DNA of 64,000 nucleotides from an uncultured Verrucomicrobiae bacterium (GTDB lineage Bacteria; Chlamydiota; Chlamydiia; Chlamydiales; Rhabdochlamydiaceae): NCBI GenBank assembly GCA_963806855.1, contig CAWDYW010000001.1, positions 704,001 to 768,000 of the forward strand, read 5' to 3'. Shown piece by piece: positions 59,401 to 64,000 of this stretch (position 1 is its first letter; each line of letters starts with the position of its first letter). The notes under the pieces were generated by a model. It saw only the letters and a program-made list of their open reading frames with translations, ran no database searches and was not told where the DNA came from. The position numbers and the translations under genes were made by a program.

Positions 59401-61814
59401 GTCTTCCCTTCATTGATAAACTCCACAGCGACGCTATGACCACCTGCAGGAGTTTGCCAGCCTGTGTGCAGAAAAAAACTGTCACCTTCGCGCATTCCAT
59501 CTAATTGCGCCTTAACTTCCCGGTGAAAAGTGTCTAGATCGCCGCGCATCAGCCTCGTCATGCGGACAGCGGTGCGCAAAGAGTCGCGCAGGCCCCTAAA
59601 TACCTTGAGTTCAGGGTCATCGATAGGCGCCCGATCGGAAAAGATCGCATGGCATAGCTCGCTCTTGTCTTGGGGCGAACAGAGGGGATTAGCCTCCATC
59701 GCATCGACCCACTGCTCAGCGAGCATCAGGTTATAGTCTAACATTTCCGCCGGGGTGTATCCCTCAAAGCCTGTTCCTTTGCCTGAAAATGGGAGGACAA
59801 GATGCTGAAATAGGCTGTCGTCCATCGGCAGACGAGGCTCACGTGCCAAAAAGCCTTTCAGCTGCACCAATTGCTGGTTCAGCTGCTGCGAGGTGACGAA
59901 GCGCTCCCGCAGAGCCCCCACCTCCCTTTCTGCCCGTACTAAGTCAGCGGCAATTTGCTCAAGCCTTCCGACATCCTTAACCGCGATGGCTTCCTTAATG
60001 GCAGAATCAACATTCGGCACCTCTATGTCGACCTTCATGCCTAATTTGTCCGCGGCCTCAATCAGTTTGATTGCCTCGCTACTTATCTCACCTACTTTTT
60101 GGTTCAGTTCCGTGACCTGCTGAGCCAATCGGGCCTCTAAATGGGAGGTGGTCTCATAGCCAATGGCATAGAGGACCTTGGAAAAGACCCTCGAAACACT
60201 ATTCACTAGGCTACTTTCCGGGGGCTGAACCGGTAACCCAGGGTGCATATATAGACGAACTTGGGAATCGACGTACTCCGTCATGACATCTTTAGGCTCG
60301 CCAAAAGCCTTACCTTCACGATAGGGTACAAGTGCTTCACGACCAGCAGGACTCAACTTTTTGATTAGGCTCTGGTAAACCCTCTCATCCAGCGCGACGA
60401 GCCTCTCGCCTCCACGATCAGAAAGCACACTCCCAATGATTTCCATATCACGTTGGATTCTATCTTTTTCCTCCACAGGGATGGCGTCGATCATCTTCTG
60501 ATGCAACCGTTGTCCCAGATTTTCTATCTGCTGCCCTTCTCTCCAGAGCTGAGTGGCTCCTCGGACTCCGCTTAGCGCTTCAAGACCCAGTAGCCCAATG
60601 TTGATCCACCACTTACGCGACTCACTCGTTTCGGGTATAGGAGCGATGCGGCGCTGATGGAGAGCCAAACGGGCCTTGAGCTGGGCGGACAGAGGAGGGA
60701 GAGCACGAAATTGTTCTCGGATCTCTTCTGGTGACCTATTTTCGCCCGTTTCATGACCGACGACTGATTCAGCTTCATCGAGGCTGCGCCCAGGATGTTT
60801 GAGAGCCTTTTGAACGTTCCTATATTGCTCATCGACAAAAGCGATCAAATCTAAAAGGCGATCTACACTCTCAATTTTTCCGGGGGCGTCTCGCAGTGCA
60901 AAAGCCCCGCGCCCCAGCTCAACAGCGGCCTTCACTAGACAGTCTTCCACCTGTTTCCAGTAGGCATAGGCTAGCCGCATCCCTTCGATATCGTTTTCCA
61001 GCAGTGCTGCATCGAAGCGCATGCGGGCCTCGTTAAGCTCAGCTCCAAGCTGCTGACAAAGCTGCTCGTAAAAGTCGCTTGCGCTATTTTCCAGCATCTT
61101 GATGTCGGCACGCAGAATCTTATCAATATCCTCAGCAAAATAGGGCTGCTGCTTTAGAAAATTAGCGTACCGGTTCATGACAGCTGGCAGCTTGCCAAGT
61201 CCGACTAATATGTCAGCAAAGTGCTCCACCTGCGGTAAGGTACGAGAAGTTTCGAGCTGCTCGCATTGCTCCTCTAAAGCGCCCCAGCTTTTTTCAATCC
61301 CTTCCCACACTTGCGCACACTCCTGACGCAGTTCCATGTAGTCCGAAAGTTGCTCGAGGTGGCCGGTCATTTTATCTATTTGCGGCTTTAAACCAGGCGA
61401 AGGCCGCTCTTTCAGACGTAGATAGATCGCCTCATATAGTCGACGCTGCTCGCCGAGTATTTCCGCATTTTCCTTTAAACTTCCTACGCCAAACCGTACC
61501 CGCGATGCTAGTGCAACGACACACTTATCTAATTCTGCAATGCATCCCTCCAAACTGACTCGCCCCTGGAGATGAGTGCTGAGCATTGCCGTCAAGTAAC
61601 TAGTCCGTTGTCTCCAAAGTTCTGTTTCTAATTGCGCGAGCGCAGCAATTTTGTCCTTTTCTTTGGCAAAGACCGCATTGGCCACATGAATTTCGTTTTC
61701 GATTTGGGCATAAAGCTGTTCAGCGTTATCAAAATCGTTATCGGCAATAGCGTCATTTAAAAGCTGAAATTTTAAGTTTATGTTAAGATAAAAATCGTTA
61801 ATGCTCACATACAT
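50472..61814 (-). CDS. Giant (~3,780 aa) protein with putative cysteine-protease module and DUF3638-like P-loop/SF2-type module; split by three single-base frameshifts
   Basis: ORFs 56628-61814, 55624-56697, 52424-55645 and 50472-52469 overlap on the same strand and join if one base is added to each G-run at 56664-66, 55662-67 and 52485-88. Motifs MGFGKT, LDEVD, CTGVD and QAVWRLR. Confidence 0.8.
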
Positions 61815-61856
61815 GGTTATATATTAGAGCTAAATTAAAAATGACAAATTTTGATG

Positions 61857-62327
61857 TTAACTGTTAATAGTTTTTCGCATGATAAAGTTATGAAATTCCG
61901 CTCCGCGGTGGGTCTTGCGATATTCTTTTACGACCTTAAACCCTTGACGCTCAGCCAACGCCTTGCCCATTATACTTGCATCACAGGTAAGTTCGGATAG
62001 TCCAAGTTCGCGGGCTTCCTCCTCCAATTTTTCAAAGATCTTCCGAGCGGCGCCGCTTCCTTGATAATGTTGATCGGCATAGAGGCGATCGATATAACCC
62101 TCCTTGGTCATATCGCCGAACGCAACGATTTTGCCCTGAGCCTCAGCGACATAGGTGATATTAGTCAGGAGGGATTGGAGCCATTTGCCTTTGTCTTGTG
62201 CTCCTCGAGGCGCCCAAGCTTGCAGCTGGTCGGGGTCGTGATACCTGGCCGCAACCGAATGGACTACATCTTCGAAAAGCTTCAAAACTGCTTCAAGGTC
62301 TGATTCTTGGAATTTTCGAATTATCAT
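61857..62327 (-). CDS. GNAT family N-acetyltransferase (YafP-like)
   Basis: Motifs QLQAWAP, GYIDRLY..YQGSGAA and ERQGF. Confidence 0.9.
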   Translation of the reverse strand: MIIRKFQESDLEAVLKLFEDVVHSVAARYHDPDQLQAWAPRGAQDKGKWLQSLLTNITYVAEAQGKIVAFGDMTKEGYIDRLYADQHYQGSGAARKIFEKLEEEARELGLSELTCDASIMGKALAERQGFKVVKEYRKTHRGAEFHNFIMRKTINS

Positions 62328-62394
62328 CCTACAAATTATTCACCTCATGCTAATAGAAGTCGATCAAAAAATCCTAATAATGTATAATTGCCAC

Positions 62395-64000
62395 ATGTCT
62401 AGTGTAAATCTTCCTATTTATTATCATCGTGAATATTCAAACGATATTAAAATTGAAGAAAACGATTATTTTAATGGAATTAAGCGAATTGCTCTCGTTG
62501 CATTACCGTTCCTAAGTCTTTACAAGCCTTTTAGTTTTTCCCTCTCGCTTGTTTTGGGGGGATTGCGCTCAGTCACCACCTTTGCCCAAAGTCTCCAGAG
62601 CCCCGAGCTAGGCACTTTTTTGCAAACAAGCATCGCCCTGATCGCTTTGGGAGGCACACTCTTCGCCCATCCGCTCGGGATGCTCGTCACCACAGTCCAC
62701 GACTGCGCTCTAGACTGCTTCCAGATGATGCAGTGCCTGTATCTGGGAGAATTGTGGAGTGCTTTGACAAAGTATACATTTCTCATGAACAATGGGCTCT
62801 ATCTGGCCCTCCTTTTGCATGGAGGGGTGCAGCTTAGCGTAGCATCTCTGGCGGTCCAAGTGCTAATCGGCCTCTCTTCGTCGCTCTACGAGTACAGGAG
62901 GGGAAATGTCCTCGAGGCAGGCGGCCATTTCTTGATGGGTCTGATCCGAGGCAAGCAGCTATGGGGCCAAGTACAACTGAATGGAAATATGATGCACACA
63001 ATCGCCTACTATCTGCAAAAACCGCTGCAAGTGAGCTCTGAGCATCTTCTGCGGGCAGTCATGACGCCTAGTGAAGGCCTGGAAAAGGCAAATCGGGTCG
63101 CCACCGCCTGCTTGACCGCTCTCTTTGCACCTGTCACCGTTTCACTCTATGCTCTTGGCGAGGGCTTCCATGCCTGCGGCAATGCGGTCAGCGGCACTCC
63201 CTACACCTATTGGAGAGGCAGTGGCCTTGAGAAACTCGATGACCAAAATCTCAAATGCATGACCCTAAATGCCTGCATGTTTTGGGGTGGGCTCCCGATT
63301 CCCTTTGGCGGACTCAGGCCAGCAGGGGAGCGGATCGACGCTCTGGCGAGTCTTATTGAGCAAGAGAATCCCGACATCCTCTTTCTTCAGGAGGCCTCCT
63401 TCCCAGTCTCCTCTGAACTCTTCGACAAACTCAAAGACCAATATGCCCACTGCTTTACCCGAATCGGCCCAAATCTGATGAGAATGGAGAGCGGGCTGAC
63501 AGTCTTCTCCAAAGTGCCCCTCACCAATCCACAATTTCTTCCCTTTCCAGATCAAAATGGGATCCTGCGAGGAGCCTTTTTCATCGACACCCCATCCTAC
63601 ACCTTTGTCAATACCCATTTAGAAGCAGGCGATGCTGCTGATGAGCGGAAGAAACAGTTTGATCTCATCACTCAGAGGATCGATGAACTCAATCGGGAGA
63701 AAAATCGGAATACCTTCATTTTAGGCGATCTCAATATCGACCGGATTCATGCGGAAGAGGAATATTGCAAGACGATCGGAGATAGGGTCTATGATCCCCG
63801 CCGCGATTCTGTAGAAGAATCCCAAACAGATGCCCTGCTCTATCACAGGAGAGGCAAAGAGGTTTCCTCACATACATTTGCCATGGTCGATTACGCCCTC
63901 TTGCGTGGAGACCCTAACGCAGTTGACCTAGAAACACGCCTCATCGATACCTACTGCATCGAGAGGCCCAATGAGGCCCTTTCCGATCACAAAGGTTTAA
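62395..64000 (+). CDS. Endonuclease/exonuclease/phosphatase (EEP, sphingomyelinase-like) protein with hydrophobic N-terminal half; 3'-truncated and absent from the ORF track
   Basis: Frame open from ATG 62395 (MSSVNLPIYYHRE..) to the window end. Motifs TLN, DILFLQE, SGLTVFSK, NTHLE, ILGDLNI, VDY and LSDHKGL. Confidence 0.85.
   Translation, partial: MSSVNLPIYYHREYSNDIKIEENDYFNGIKRIALVALPFLSLYKPFSFSLSLVLGGLRSVTTFAQSLQSPELGTFLQTSIALIALGGTLFAHPLGMLVTTVHDCALDCFQMMQCLYLGELWSALTKYTFLMNNGLYLALLLHGGVQLSVASLAVQVLIGLSSSLYEYRRGNVLEAGGHFLMGLIRGKQLWGQVQLNGNMMHTIAYYLQKPLQVSSEHLLRAVMTPSEGLEKANRVATACLTALFAPVTVSLYALGEGFHACGNAVSGTPYTYWRGSGLEKLDDQNLKCMTLNACMFWGGLPIPFGGLRPAGERIDALASLIEQENPDILFLQEASFPVSSELFDKLKDQYAHCFTRIGPNLMRMESGLTVFSKVPLTNPQFLPFPDQNGILRGAFFIDTPSYTFVNTHLEAGDAADERKKQFDLITQRIDELNREKNRNTFILGDLNIDRIHAEEEYCKTIGDRVYDPRRDSVEESQTDALLYHRRGKEVSSHTFAMVDYALLRGDPNAVDLETRLIDTYCIERPNEALSDHKGL

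Noticed and set aside
1216..63618. Numerous 60-180 aa antisense or alternate-frame ORFs in the track
   Set aside because: They are shadows of well-supported genes, with no recognisable motifs or initiation signals.

Overview
A 64 kb chromosomal stretch that most likely comes from an environmental Chlamydiota (Chlamydia-related) bacterium. This is inferred from the rpe-efp-accB-accC gene order, an RlmD with an NPPR motif, an orphan TrpR and many orphan proteins with hydrophobic hairpins. It is mainly housekeeping and metabolic genes: rpe, yvcK, efp, accBC, rmlA, tRNA-Asp and tRNA-Val, surE, putP, ttcA, ridA, glgP, pgm, ackA, uup, rlmD, rlmN, nfi, thiL, trpR and maf. Between them lie AT-rich islands of orphan, effector-like genes and one giant gene of about 11.3 kb, split by three single-base frameshifts. 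Highlights not explained by the ORF track: (1) a 21-codon His-rich leader peptide with an anti-SD/SD pairing in front of a sodium:solute symporter, a candidate histidine-sensing translational attenuator; (2) at least three families of 160-170 bp palindromic MITE-like elements. One family has two copies with compensatory base changes, one copy nested in an older hairpin, and another element supplies a stop codon and a start codon to its neighbours; (3) hairpins built from 8- or 9-bp periodic units, plus a GxxExxY nuclease gene; (4) a ~3,780-aa protein with a His-Asn-Gln-Cys protease-like module and a DUF3638-type P-loop module; (5) many apparently leaderless genes. No CRISPR array, rRNA, transposase or prophage was seen. 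Frameshifts in accBC, uup and the giant gene look like consensus errors.
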